The notes under the pieces: generated by a model
Seen by the model: the letters and a program-made list of their open reading frames with translations, nothing else
The model's database searches: none
Told to the model about the DNA's origin: nothing
Source of the DNA: the human T2T-CHM13v2.0 reference genome, Homo sapiens
NCBI RefSeq assembly: GCF_009914755.1
Contig: NC_060936.1
Strand: one strand, 5' to 3'
Length of the DNA stretch: 64,000 nucleotides
In this document: one piece after another, positions 1-36,100 of the stretch
Layout: each line of letters starts with the position of its first letter
Numbering within the stretch: position 1 is the stretch's first letter
Made by a program: the position numbers and the translations under genes

Positions 1-255
1 CTGGGTGTTCCTGGCCTTCCTTGCTTCCTGTTCCTGCACATGGTCTCTTGGTCCTGCTCTTTTGCTCTCGGTCATTACTCATAGCTGTAGGGCCTTGAGC
101 AGAACTGGACCCTTTAGTCTATTCCCTGGGTGGGCACTAACAGCACCCTGTGGAGTCGGGAGGATTCTTGGAGGAGGTAACATGTGAGTAGGATCTTGAA
201 AAATGAGTAGGAATTCTCCAGATGGAGTCCAGGGAAGGCACAGGACTGTGGATGA

Positions 256-640
<385 letters not shown>

Positions 641-703
641 TGCTTTCAGCTTTGTGGGGCTACAAGAGAGGACTAAATTTTGCCAGGAGGCAGTGGGGAG
701 TGA

Positions 704-958
<255 letters not shown>

Positions 959-2644
959 TGAGAGGCTGTTGTTTAGGCAAAAGAGGAGGGCAGTGGCAGA
1001 AAGAGGAGGACAGTGGCTGTTGTTTAGGCCAGTCTGAGGGCAGTGGCAGAAGGATGGAGAGGGGCTAGAGCTCAAGACTCTGCTTCTGAGGCCTCTTTGT
1101 CCCTGGCAGCAAAGCTGAGGCCAAAGGTTCCACATCACTCAGTTCTGCTAGAACCTGACACCCTGCCTCACATCCCCAACACACTCTAGGGTCTCTGCAA
1201 ATGGAGAAGGGAAGATGGTGGGAGCAGGGAGGGAGAAGAGAGGAGGAGGAAGGGGAACATGGCCTGGGGCTAGGGGATGCTTAAGGAATGGGGAGGCCCA
1301 AGCAGACCCACCTAGCCCCGGTCTAGCCCCACTGCTCCTCCTCTGGCCCTGCAGAGAAAGCGTTAATCTGCTATACCTCCCTCCCCCGCTTCCCCTCCTC
1401 CCCTCGGGTCACCTTCTTGGCCCTGGAGACTTGGCTGATGGCTCAAGTTCCTCAACCAGTGGCCCTGAGTAATCAGAACACACAGAGGGGCCAGGGGCCT
1501 GGGGGCAGGGAATGGTAAATTAGCGGTAGGGGAGCCTCAGAGACTGAGGCCGGGAGTCTGCAAGGCTGAGGGTTTTGGTGGGAACCCCAAGTTGGTTCCC
1601 AATACTCTCTACCTGACCCAGGTCCCCCTGCCCCACCCCCAGCACTGATCTCAATTTCTTCCACCCACCAGAGAATTCCTCGAACAAACTAAACTGTTCG
1701 GGGGGCGGGGGGCAGGCCAAAAAGGGTAGTGGTGATCTGCCAGGAAGCTTTCCCACTGCAGGAGACAGGGTCCCTCCCCCTAGTGCCGGGAACTGGTCAG
1801 AAATGAGTCTGTGGTCAGTGAGAGACTGCTGCTAATGGAACCTGGGCTGGCCCACAAGCCACAGGAGGGGTAGGGGAGAGGAAAGGAACCAAAATACATC
1901 TCAGCATAGGTGGGTAGGACGAGGGCTGGTAATGCTGTCCTGAAATAGAGCTGGGGCCAGGGAGGGAGGGGAAGAGAAACAGGGTCGGGGACTGGAATTG
2001 GAGGTCTGAGAGAGTACCTGGTGGTGGGGCACGGAGGGGCTCAGGTATCCCAGAGGAATAACTGGACGAGGGAGAATAAGGGAGAGGACCCAGAATTGGG
2101 ATGGGGACACTGAGGGATATGCTGAGGAACAGATTGGAGGATGACAGAGAGCATGAGTGTGTGTTGTGTGTGTCCTGGGGGGGTAGGGACTGTGGTCGCT
2201 GTGATCATCATGGCAGTGGGTGCAAAGGATGGTGCTAGGTCCCGTCTCACCTGGGAGGGGTGGGTTCCAGGAATCCCAGCCCTAGGCTTTTCCAGGGTTT
2301 CCACTCTGTCCTAAACCCTCTCTGTGCTGCCGGAGCTGGTGACAGGAAAGGGGCTCCAGCCCCCTGCTCTCCATCAGCCTCCCTTTCCCACTGCCATCAA
2401 TTATTCATCAGCCCAGACACCCGCCCTCCCTGGCAGGGCAGGCTGGTCCTCCTCCCATGCCCCGCCCCAGCCACACTGCCACAGAGGCCCTGGTGAGGAA
2501 GGACGGCCAGCTGGGCTGAGATACCTGGCTGACGGGCTGGGTGGCTGGCTCTGCCGGACTCTGCCTGGAGTCACATCGCCTTCCCCTCTGGCACCTTCCC
2601 CCTTCCTCCTGCAAATCCCTGGCACCAGGAAGCCCCTGGAGAAA

Positions 2645-10707
<8,063 letters not shown>

Positions 10708-12649
10708 GCCCCGCAGGCCGCTGAACCAAAGGCCTAGATGGGGAGGACTAGGAGAGCGAGGGGGCCCCCAGCTGCCTCCTCACATCTGCCCTGGGGACTC
10801 CCCACACTCCGGGGCAGATCTTTCCTCTTGTCTGTGGTAAGGAAGGAGTCTTGACCATAGAGTCCTCTCTCTGCCTCTATCCCATTCTTTTTACATTTAA
10901 CAAAACTAATCTAAAAAAGAACTAAAAAGGGAGAACGGGGCAAGGGACCTCAGGCTGCCCCTCTCTCCTCCATGCTGCCTCCCCTAGCTCCCAGCCTGAA
11001 TTCTGTCTATCTAGCTGTCTGCCATCTGAGTGTCCATCTACATTCTGCTGCCACCAGTCACCAAAGGCCCTTCCCAGTGAGGGGTGGAAGGGATCTCTGG
11101 GGTCTGGAATTTGGCCCCAAACCAGAGAATGTACCTTAAGGGGGAGGGCTAGTGTGGGGGAGGGAGGCTTCCCCAGCCTTAAGAGACCCTCTCAGCCCAG
11201 TGACTGTCCCCAAACCCAAGTCTCCTGGCAGGAACTAAAACCTCAGCCCCACTCTCTCACACCATGTGGAATCTCGTGGGGGTCGGGGATCCCCTTAAGA
11301 AGTGGTAATGGGGACAAGATGCGGCCCTGGTGCTGTAGGCTACATCCTGATACCTATAAGTTCACCCCCACCCCACAGCTGCTGGAGAGAAATCCCAAGA
11401 GGCAGCCCTTCCTCACCATCCCATTAAAGACCTGGCTGGTTAGCGTCCAGCTCAGGGAGAAGGGCGCTAGTGCCTAACCTCACTGGTCCCTCTCCCGGAG
11501 GCCCTTGTAGAGGGCCACGTCCATAAATTTTCTTATGGAACTCTCCCACATCCTCTTCCCCAACTTCATTTGCTTCTCTCAACAACCTCATCTGCATTTT
11601 CTATTTCTATATGATACAGACTCTATATTGCTATATCTCTGTATATACTTTCCCAGCCCTGTCTGTCTCCACCCCATCCCCTCTTGTCTCTGAGAACCAT
11701 TCTCCCACCCCAAGTTCCACCTTCTATGTTTCTACTCCCTCCCTGGTCTCTGAATGCCTTCGCCTGTATAAAGAGTTGGACTCTCTCCCCTGGTGTCTGT
11801 ACTGTGTACACACATCCCTCTGAGAAGCACAAGGAGACGACACGCGCATTGTAACCTTTGCACTGTCTCAGTGGCGACAAAGGAAGCTGTGAATCACAAG
11901 CTCTGCCTCTTTCTGGCCTCACCCTCTCCCCCAACCCGGGCACCCTCGGCCCTCCCTGCAGCCTTAACATTCTCTTCCCCTGCTCCTCCTATCCCATTGC
12001 CCTCTGCCCAGCTGACAGTGGCATCCCCAGGGAAGGGGTTGCTGTAGAGATAGCCCCCACCCAGGGGATGGAGGTCTACCCTGGACACTAAGCCAAGTGT
12101 GTCAGAGACAGAAGGGAGCTGGGGATTGGCGACTCCTGAAGTTGGGGCAGTGGGATGCTGACAGGCAGAAGCTGAGGTCCTCAGTCAGTGGCCTTTCCTC
12201 CTTCTGGGTGCCCAGCCCCCTTTCCTCACCTGATACCCAAGCCCACCACTTTTATTTTCTGGTGAGGTGGGTTTGGGAGGAAAGAGAGGCCTAGAGGAGG
12301 AGTTGAAAGCTCTGCTGTTGTCTCACCCTATCTTAATGAGAGACAAGTGAGGTGGAGGGCCTGCCCCCCCTCCCTCCACCAGACACTCCTTCCAGGCCTG
12401 AGCCCCAACCCCTCTTCAGGCCTTCCTTCCCTAGCTGTGTCTTGGTCTTCAATCCCAGAACAGGACCTGTGAGCAGCTGCATTGGCCTGGAGCTGGAGAG
12501 TAAGGCTGTAGGATCTTTGGAATCTCTTGGTTCCTAAGAGTTTCCTCAGAGATCATACCTCCCCAGAGGGAAGCAGGAATGAGGCCAAAAAGTGTGCATT
12601 GGATAGGGGAACAGCAGGCAGGGCTCTGGGTGACGCATGCCTCTGGTCT

Positions 12650-12655
12650 AATAAA
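12650..12655 (+). terminator. ASIC1: ASIC1 polyadenylation signal
   Basis: AATAAA about 1.95 kb after the stop, followed by a GT-rich element (gtgttgttctcttattt). Confidence 0.8.
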
Positions 12656-12984
12656 CTGGGTTTCAACCATCTCCTCTTCAGTGTTGTTCTCTTATTTGAA
12701 AAAGTATTTAGATATTCTCACTAAGTGCCTAAAGCTGAGCTTGGTTTGGGGCCAATTAGGGGATGAGTAAGGAGAAGGTTTGAGTAGGGACACTGTGGTC
12801 CCCCTGGGATGGGACAGGCTGACCATTATATCAGGAATAGTTTGAACCACTGGGCAGGGAAAGAGGGAGAAGTCAAAGGCAACAAAGTTCCAAAACAGAA
12901 TCCCCAATACAAAGGATGCTTTAGAGAGAGAGAGCAGAGTCAAAATTCAAGATAAACTGGAACTTATCATAAAATCTGGAAGCA

Positions 12985-13769
<785 letters not shown>

Positions 13770-13902
13770 TCAGAGAGAAAGTTAGGATGAAGTTCCCACG
13801 TGAGGTACTTATTGAGGCACTTTATCTGTGGAATGAGTCCCGGGCTATGAGCAAGGGTATCTGGAATCTTGGCTTCGGCTTTATGGCTAACTTGCTGGTT
13901 GA

Positions 13903-28082
<14,180 letters not shown>

Positions 28083-28978
28083 GGCCTCTCCCACAGCCCT
28101 GATTCGACTGCACCAATTCTTGATTTGGGCCCTGTGCTGCCTGCCTCATAGTATCTGCCTTGGTCTTGCTTGGGGCGTTCCAGGGGATGCTGTTGGTTCA
28201 AGGACAACACCAGAATGAAGAGGGTCTCACAAGACACCTGTTATCCTCTTCTTTCACCCTATCTCTTCCCACCCCCAGCTTCCCTTTGCCCCACAAAGTT
28301 CCCATGTGCCTGTACCCTCCCCTGGTCTACATAGGACCTCTAGATAGTGTTAGAGAGAGAACATGTAGTGGTAATGAGTGCTTGGAATGGATTGGGCCTC
28401 AGGCCAGGTGGTCTTCAAGGGGACCAGCTAACTGATCCTGCCCTTCAGAGACCCAGGAGTTGGGAGCTTTCGCTCCTTCTCCAAGACTCAGGCCTGTGGG
28501 CACTCTATAAGCTAGTTGATCTTGGCTCTCCTGATAACAGAATCCAATTTCCTTCCTTCCCTCCACAGGTTTGGAACAAACTCTCCCTTCACTTGTTGCC
28601 CTGTAGCACTACAGAAACCCTGGTTCTTGGGCTCCACTGAGCCCCAGGTCAGTCCCCAGCCCTCTGGGTTGGCCTGCTGTCAGTGCTTCTCTCACTCCTT
28701 AGTTGGGGTCCACATCAGTATTGGAGTTTTGTTCTTTATTGCTCCCTCCCAGACACTCCCTGTGGCTGCCCTTTGTGATTCCCTCAGATCTGCCCTAATC
28801 CCGGGCATTTGGGTGGGGGAATCTTGCCTTTCCCTTTCAGAGCCCCAGGGATCTCATCTGGGGAACTGTCATTGCCAGCAGAGGCTGTTCCTTCCTGCTG
28901 TTTGGAGATGTGACTCATTCATTCACTCACTCCACCCTGCCTCTGCATCCCTTAATGGAGAAACGGGCCTAAAACCAA

Positions 28979-29496
28979 ACGGGTAAAAAGCCCTGGGCCA
29001 TCCCTGTCTTCCTGTCCCTTGTCTGCCCAGTTGACACCTACTGGTGACTTCTAGGGCACTGAGGAGTGAAAGCGCCTAGGGCTGGAGAATAGCGCTGAGT
29101 TGGGTTTGTGACTCTTCCCTCTCCCTGCCTCACAGGATTGTGACTCCCCAGCCCCTGCCCTCAAAGCTTCAGACCCCTCAGGTAGCAGCAGGACCTTGTG
29201 ATCTTGGCCCCTTGGATCTGAGATGGTTTTTGCATCTTTCCAGGAGAGCCTCACATTCTTCTTCCAGGTTGTATCACCCCCGAGTTAGCATATCCCAGGC
29301 TCGCAGACTCAACACAGCAAGGGTGGGAGACAGCTGGGCACAAAGGGGGAATTCCGTTCAGCATGGGCTCTAAACCCACAGAACTGACAAAGCCCCTGCT
29401 TCCCCACCCCCTCCTCAGGCTCCTGCGAGCACACCCCCACCCCCAAATCCCTCCCTGTTCTACACTGGGGACAGCAGAATTTTCTCCCCGTCTTCC
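28979..29496 (+). promoter_or_regulatory. SMARCD1: miRNA seed matches in the SMARCD1 3' UTR: miR-99/100 (ACGGGTA 28979), miR-7 (GTCTTCC 29006, 29490), miR-223 (AACTGACA 29382)
   Basis: Exact seed complements read from the sequence; function not shown by sequence alone. Confidence 0.5.
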
Positions 29497-29705
29497 CCTT
29501 CCTGCCATTTTCCCTCCCTTGAAAGGTTGACACTGGACAACCTTGGGGCAGCTGAGCCCTGGCCGCCTCCTGGCTGGAACCATGAGAAGGAAGCTCAGTA
29601 CTTCCCACAGTGTCCCTGTTGATAACTGTTTTTATTAACTGAATTGTTTTTTTCATGGACCAAACTTTTTTTTGTACTGTCCCCTTATTGATGTTACCCA
29701 GTTTT

Positions 29706-29711
29706 AATAAA
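29706..29711 (+). terminator. SMARCD1: SMARCD1 polyadenylation signal
   Basis: AATAAA preceded by U-rich and TGTA elements. Confidence 0.8.
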
Positions 29712-30192
29712 AGAATCTTCTGAAGGATGGGTCCTCCTACCTACTGTGAGAGAGCTCTTCCCTGAGCTCTTCTTCCTTCAATACCATTAGCCACGCTTGT
29801 AGTGTTTGTTCATTTTATTTGACAAGTATTTATTGAGCACCTGCTATGTGCTAGTTGTGATGCTAGACACGGGAGATAAAGTGGAAAATGAGATTTCTAC
29901 TTTTGTGGACCTCAGGGTCTTACCTTAAGAGATTGCTGTCTGCCCCAGTGGTCCAAGCAGCCTAGTTGCTGGTTGGGATTATTGGGCTTCACCACTGGAT
30001 CTTAAGAGCCCTTTCCCGACTTGCTAGGCAGGTACTAACAGGTTGGTGGCAGTCATTTTCCCCCTTGTCCATCTGAGCTCCCCAGAGCACTTGTTGGCTG
30101 GAGTGAGCCATAGATGCCCGTGATCCCTTAGGTTTGACGAACCTGAGCCGCCTTTGGAGGAGTTTCACTTCTTCCCCAGGGCTTCTGTTTAG

Positions 30193-30732
<540 letters not shown>

Positions 30733-33019
30733 TCTTAAGAGCACCATGGAAGTTCTGTGTTGTCATCCTCATACTGTAGACAACTAGCCCCTCCTTGGCA
30801 GAGTTTGGAAGACAGCTCAGGAGGGATTCCCATTAGCAATCACTTGAAACTCGCCTGCAGTTCTGCCTGCTTCCCACTTGGAGGCTCATGACTTTTTTCC
30901 TTTGTCATTATGCAAGAATGGGGTTTGGAATATAGGATCAGAGTACAACCACTTTCCAAAGTTGTAGTTTAAAAATTATCCTTTGCCTGTTTGGATGGGA
31001 ACATTCTAGTATTGCCTGTTCAATATATGTAATCAAACCCACCAAAAAATCCAACCACTGTTCCTACTCCGGAACTTGGGGTTTATCAGACTTGAGAAGG
31101 GAAAGCAGAGAGGAGTGGTTGGGCCGATAACTAGGAGTGGAGAAAATTGATGTCAAGGACATTGAAATGGCATCTGTTTTTACCCAGGCTAATTACATGT
31201 GTAATGAATGGCTGATGAACCATTATTAATTTCAAGCAAATCTACAGTTTGCTCTTGGGAAAAGAGCTCTAGTGATACAGATAACTTCCTGTGATGAGCC
31301 GATTCTGAATCTCTGCACCCTCTTTATTCCCATGTAAATGAGCACATTCTTAGTCTCCACACTATCTAAAATGATTGTAGGGGCAAAATGAGAGAGGGAA
31401 GCATTTAGGCAAAAACAAGGGGGTTATTTTATGCATAAACATCCATTCTTTGGGGCTCCCATCATTTGTGCCAGGGACAGAAGCATCCTTTCTCTTCCAT
31501 CACCCGTAATCAGTGCTCCCAGCTGGCAGCCTGGCACTGGAGCCTTCATCTCAGTGCCAGTGCAATAAAGGAGTGGTCTGTGGGAGGCTGTTTCTGTATT
31601 AGGTATAACATTGTGCTAAGAAAAACAGCCAACTACTGATTTCATGTCCGTTTCCCTATGGGAAATTACTGGCCATGGAAGGAGAATATGGTTGGTTTTT
31701 CCTGGGCAGTCCCCGGAACTTAGAAAGCCATTTCTCCCCAGTCTTGACCTCCTGCCTGCTTACTCCTACCCATGGGTTGCACACAGACTCCCCTGTAGCC
31801 CAGTGCTTGTTACCAGTTGCTGGCCAGCAACAGCCCAGGGGGATGGCAACACCCACCTAGCCGTCTGCCAAGCCAGGAGGTCAGCACATGAGCACACAGT
31901 GGTGTCTGCCCTCTAGGCCAAGGTGCACAGTGTTAGGAGCCTCTTGCTCCACTCTCCAGATCAGCCTGGAAACCAGAGCTTCCCTCGTCTTAGACAAACA
32001 GATGGCCGTGGGCGATGCAGAGCCCTGAACTGCTGAGGGTGCTCCTTCCATTCTCGCCCTTCCCCAAAAAACATACACCAAACTTACCCCCAATCACAGC
32101 ATCTGAGACCACAAAGCCCCACGGACACAGCTGCCCCGGGTACTGCCTGCCTTCCCCTTTTCTGGCCTCTGCAAACTAGCCATTCACCTGATGAAGCCCC
32201 TGGGGCAGTACCTTGGAAACCCCTGAGAGGAGGAGTTGAAGGAGGCTCAAAGCCTTTCAAGGACAGTGTGCACTCTGCCTGCCTCCTATTCTCTCCTGTC
32301 CTCTTAAGCCCAGAGTCTACAACAAAATTGTGTACCGCAATTCTCAGAGCTCTCTAACTTTAACCTTTCCCACCTTCCCTAGAACACATTTTTGGGTGGG
32401 GATCATCTGAGAGGCCCATGGATGAGTCCCCAAGATGACCTCTGTGGGTGACCAAGACAATCTTGTCTTTTGAGGCACCTGGAGTCTCTCATCCTTTTTT
32501 GAGCTGGGCTGTCCTCAAAGCAGGCCCTTACCTCTTATGTGGCCTCATCTTTAGAGGTGGGAAGTGGGCCCACATCCCCCACCCCAGCCCTGCAGTGGAG
32601 CTAGCGTGGGCCTGCTGGAGGACAGAACTGTGGAACAGGGTCCTGTGAGGATATGTGGCAGGGTTGGCGGGGGGATAGGGGGTCATGGAGGAGCCTACCT
32701 CTGAAAAGCATTCCCCTAGCTGCTACTGAAGCTAAATACAATTTATTTCATGCTGGGGGACAGAAAGGAGCAAGGGAGAGCAGTCACCTGCTCCTTATCT
32801 GGGCTATTTTCTTAGCAGACCTCAAAATGAGACCATGGTGGGAAGCTGGGCTGGGGCCAAGGGAAGAAGCTTGCCAGCACTGTCAGCCGATGAGCCCAGG
32901 AGAAAAAGCTGGGCCTAGTCTCTGCCCCATTCCTGTTCCACACCTGTCTGTACCCCTGTCTCTCCTTTCCCTGGCTCTGCCAGACTCTCTATCTCCCTGG
33001 GCGCCAGCCTCCCCACCCA

Positions 33020-33132
33020 CCCCTGGAGGGCGGGGCTTGGCTGCACCCACGTGTGGTGGAGTTAAATGCTCCTAGCCGGCAGAGGAGCTAGGGAGTGTGG
33101 CACTGAGCCGGCTCAGGCAGAGACGCGGCACC
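33020..33132 (+). promoter_or_regulatory. GPD1: GPD1 proximal promoter and 5' UTR
   Basis: GC box GGGCGGGGC (~33028), E-box CACGTG (33048-33053), TATA-like TTAAAT (33062), strong Kozak GCACCATGG. Confidence 0.6.
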
Positions 33133-33173
33133 ATGGCTAGCAAGAAAGTCTGCATTGTAGGCTCCGGGAACTG
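33133..33173 (+). CDS. GPD1: GPD1 exon 1 CDS
   Basis: [13 protein letters not shown]; TG|GTAAGC. Confidence 0.95.
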
Positions 33174-36100
33174 GTAAGCAGCTCTGTCAAGTGATATGGG
33201 GGAAGGGTAGGCCCCCCAAGACAGAGGTGGGTAGGAGGCAGAATGGGTGGGAAAGGCCCTCAGGTTCCTGTTCAGCCCCTGCTGCTATCTTCTATCATAG
33301 CAGCACAGGACAGACGGTGCCCGGCCCTCTCCTGACCCCCGCCCTCCTGGGCAGCTGCACCTGTTCACCATGGGAAGGCGTCTCCAGAGCTCTCTATGTG
33401 AAGAGCCGCTTGAGTTTGGGGGTGGGAAGATGAGAAGGGGGGCTCCCTTCTCTAGTAGCAAAGGGTGAGGAGACTGAGTCTCCTTTCTACTGCCAGGTCA
33501 CTGGGGACTATTTGTCATGGGAGTGGAGGTGATAAGGAAGGTAGGTAGGAGTGAACAGCCTGGGGGGCTGCTGTGAGATCCTGAGGTGGGGCGCTGCCCC
33601 AACTCCTGCCACTGTTCCCTCCTCCTGTACTTTCCTGTGCTCCCCCTCCCACCAGGGGCTCAGCCATCGCCAAGATCGTGGGTGGCAATGCAGCCCAGCT
33701 GGCACAGTTTGACCCACGGGTGACCATGTGGGTATTTGAGGAAGACATTGGAGGCAAAAAGCTGACTGAGATCATCAACACGCAGCATGAGAATGTCAAA
33801 TACCTGCCAGGGCACAAGTTGCCCCCAAATGTGGTGAGCCCCAACACCCTGCGAAGAACAGGGAGAGGAAGGGAGGGCCAGGAGTTGGAGCCGACCTTAC
33901 TCAACAGGTGCCTCCTGCTGAGAGGGCCGCTTCAGGTGCAGCAGGACTTGGGAAGGTCTCAGGAGGGCTGCTCTGGGCCCTTTCCTGAGGACTGAGGAGA
34001 ACCTATGCTTTCCCCTCACAGGCTCCCAGGCGGGTGGGTGGGGAAGGGATGGGAGAACAAGTTGGTCTCCATGGCAGCCAAAGACTGGGCTCCCAGACTT
34101 GGGGTCCAGTAGTGCCTGCCTCCGGCACTAATCCTGTTACTCATTCACTGAGTGAGTAGCCGACTTGGAGGCTGCTCCTTGGACTTACGGTCTTTGGTCA
34201 AATCCACGTGGCTCTCCCCACCTGGAAAGGGGAAGCAGGGAAGAGAGCAGAAAGGCTGGGGCTCCCCCTTCCCAGCTGGGGTTCCTGAGGAGCTGGGTGA
34301 TGAAATCTTATTTGAGCTCTTTCTTTTGCCAAGCCCAGGCTGCTTTTGGCCTCCCGCACTGTCCCACAGCCAAGGGATAGGAGAGTGCTGGGATGAGGTT
34401 TCCAGGAGTCCTCAAGAGCCCAGGACAGCTGGAGGGAGACAGAGTGGTAGCTGGGGGGAGGGAGTAGAGTGTCTTATTCCTCCAAGTTCAGTCCTTCTAG
34501 ATTCAGTCCCAAACAAGCCTTCCTGCTCCCCTACCAGCCTCACTCTTTGGCTCCCAGATCTCCTGAATAGGGTTCCACAGGGGCTAGGGGAGGTCTGCCA
34601 GGCCCGCGAGCACTTGGTCACCCCCACAGGTGGCTGTCCCAGATGTGGTCCAGGCTGCAGAGGATGCTGACATCCTGATCTTTGTGGTGCCCCATCAGTT
34701 CATCGGCAAGATCTGTGACCAGCTCAAGGGCCATCTGAAGGCAAACGCCACTGGCATATCTCTTATTAAGGTGCCAGGGACACCTTCATGTGGATGGGGG
34801 AGGGTGCGGCTCACTGTTGTGGGGTTCAGGGTGGGTGAAGCAAGGAGAACAGAAAATGGCAGACGCAGGCCAAGAGTTTGCTGGAGAAAAGAGAGGCAGT
34901 TGGCTCTGGAGAGGCTTAGGAAAGCAGTGAGGTGCTGGGGGTCACTGGAAGGGAGGCTGAAGGGAGGAGACGAGATTGGTTTGGAGGTCCTCTCGGGGAG
35001 TTTCGGAGGTATAAAGGAATGCCTGGGAGATATGAGAAGCGGGCTGGTTTGAGAAGTGTGAAGAGTAGCTGGTTTGGAGCAGTGACTGGTCACTGAATGG
35101 CAGTTTGTTGGGGCAGTCAGGCGGGGTTGCCTAGGGATGTGGAGGGGACCCGTTGCCTTGGAGAAGTAGACTGGTTGAGGGTATGTGGCAGGACAGTTGG
35201 TCACATGCTGTCTGGCCTCCTCACAGCAAACTTGAGCTGGGTTGGAATGGGGCAGGACCTGTCGGGAGGGACACAGATGAGCAATGGATTTGGAAGGGAC
35301 AGAATTTCTGGGCGGAAGCCCGCAGGTGGGCCCAAAGGGCACCTGGCCTGAGCTCCATCCTGTGCTCAGGGGGTAGACGAGGGCCCCAATGGGCTGAAGC
35401 TCATCTCGGAAGTGATTGGGGAGCGCCTCGGCATCCCCATGAGTGTGCTGATGGGGGCCAACATTGCCAGCGAGGTGGCTGATGAGAAGTTCTGTGAGAC
35501 AACCATTGGTGAGAGCCCCCTGGCACCTGCATACACAGTGCATCTAGTTGCATCCCCTCCCCAAACTGCCCCAACCCCACTTAGCCATCTCTTTCCCATA
35601 AGGCAGAGAAAGGAAAATACAAGCATCAGAGGTGAAGGAGGCTGGGACACCCCCAGGGAAGGGGCTTCAGGGCCTGCTTAGGGAAACACAGTGATGAGCC
35701 CTCCCTCAGAGTTGGTGCAGTGGCACACCTGTGGTCCCAGCTACTTAAGAGGCTGAGGTGGGAGGATCGCTTAAGCCCAGGAGTTTGAGTCCAGCCTGGG
35801 CAACAGAGAGAGACTCCCATCTCTATAAAATAAATATTTTTTAAAAAGAGTCCTTCCCTCAAAGCCTTGCCCCCTCCTCACTTTAGGCTGCAAGGACCCG
35901 GCCCAGGGACAACTCCTGAAAGAGCTGATGCAGACACCAAACTTCCGTATCACAGTGGTGCAAGAGGTGGACACAGTAGAGATCTGTGGAGCCTTAAAGG
36001 TGAGAGGGGCACAGAGGCAGCTATGGGGTGAGGAGAAGGCCCCAAAGGAGGTCTGGCTGAGCTCTGCAAGGCTGCAGGTACTCCAGGCTCTCACTATTGA

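Noticed and set aside
31880-32870. Possible PPAR (DR1) or ChREBP elements upstream of GPD1 (e.g. AGGCCAAGGTGCA at 31915, CACATG-n5-ACAGTG at 31885)
   Set aside because: Too many mismatches to consensus to support from sequence alone
34695-35543. 282-aa antisense ORF across GPD1 exons 3-4
   Set aside because: No recognisable domain, low-complexity Pro/Ser/Leu composition, no antisense promoter or polyA evidence; expected by chance opposite purine-rich intron and coding exons
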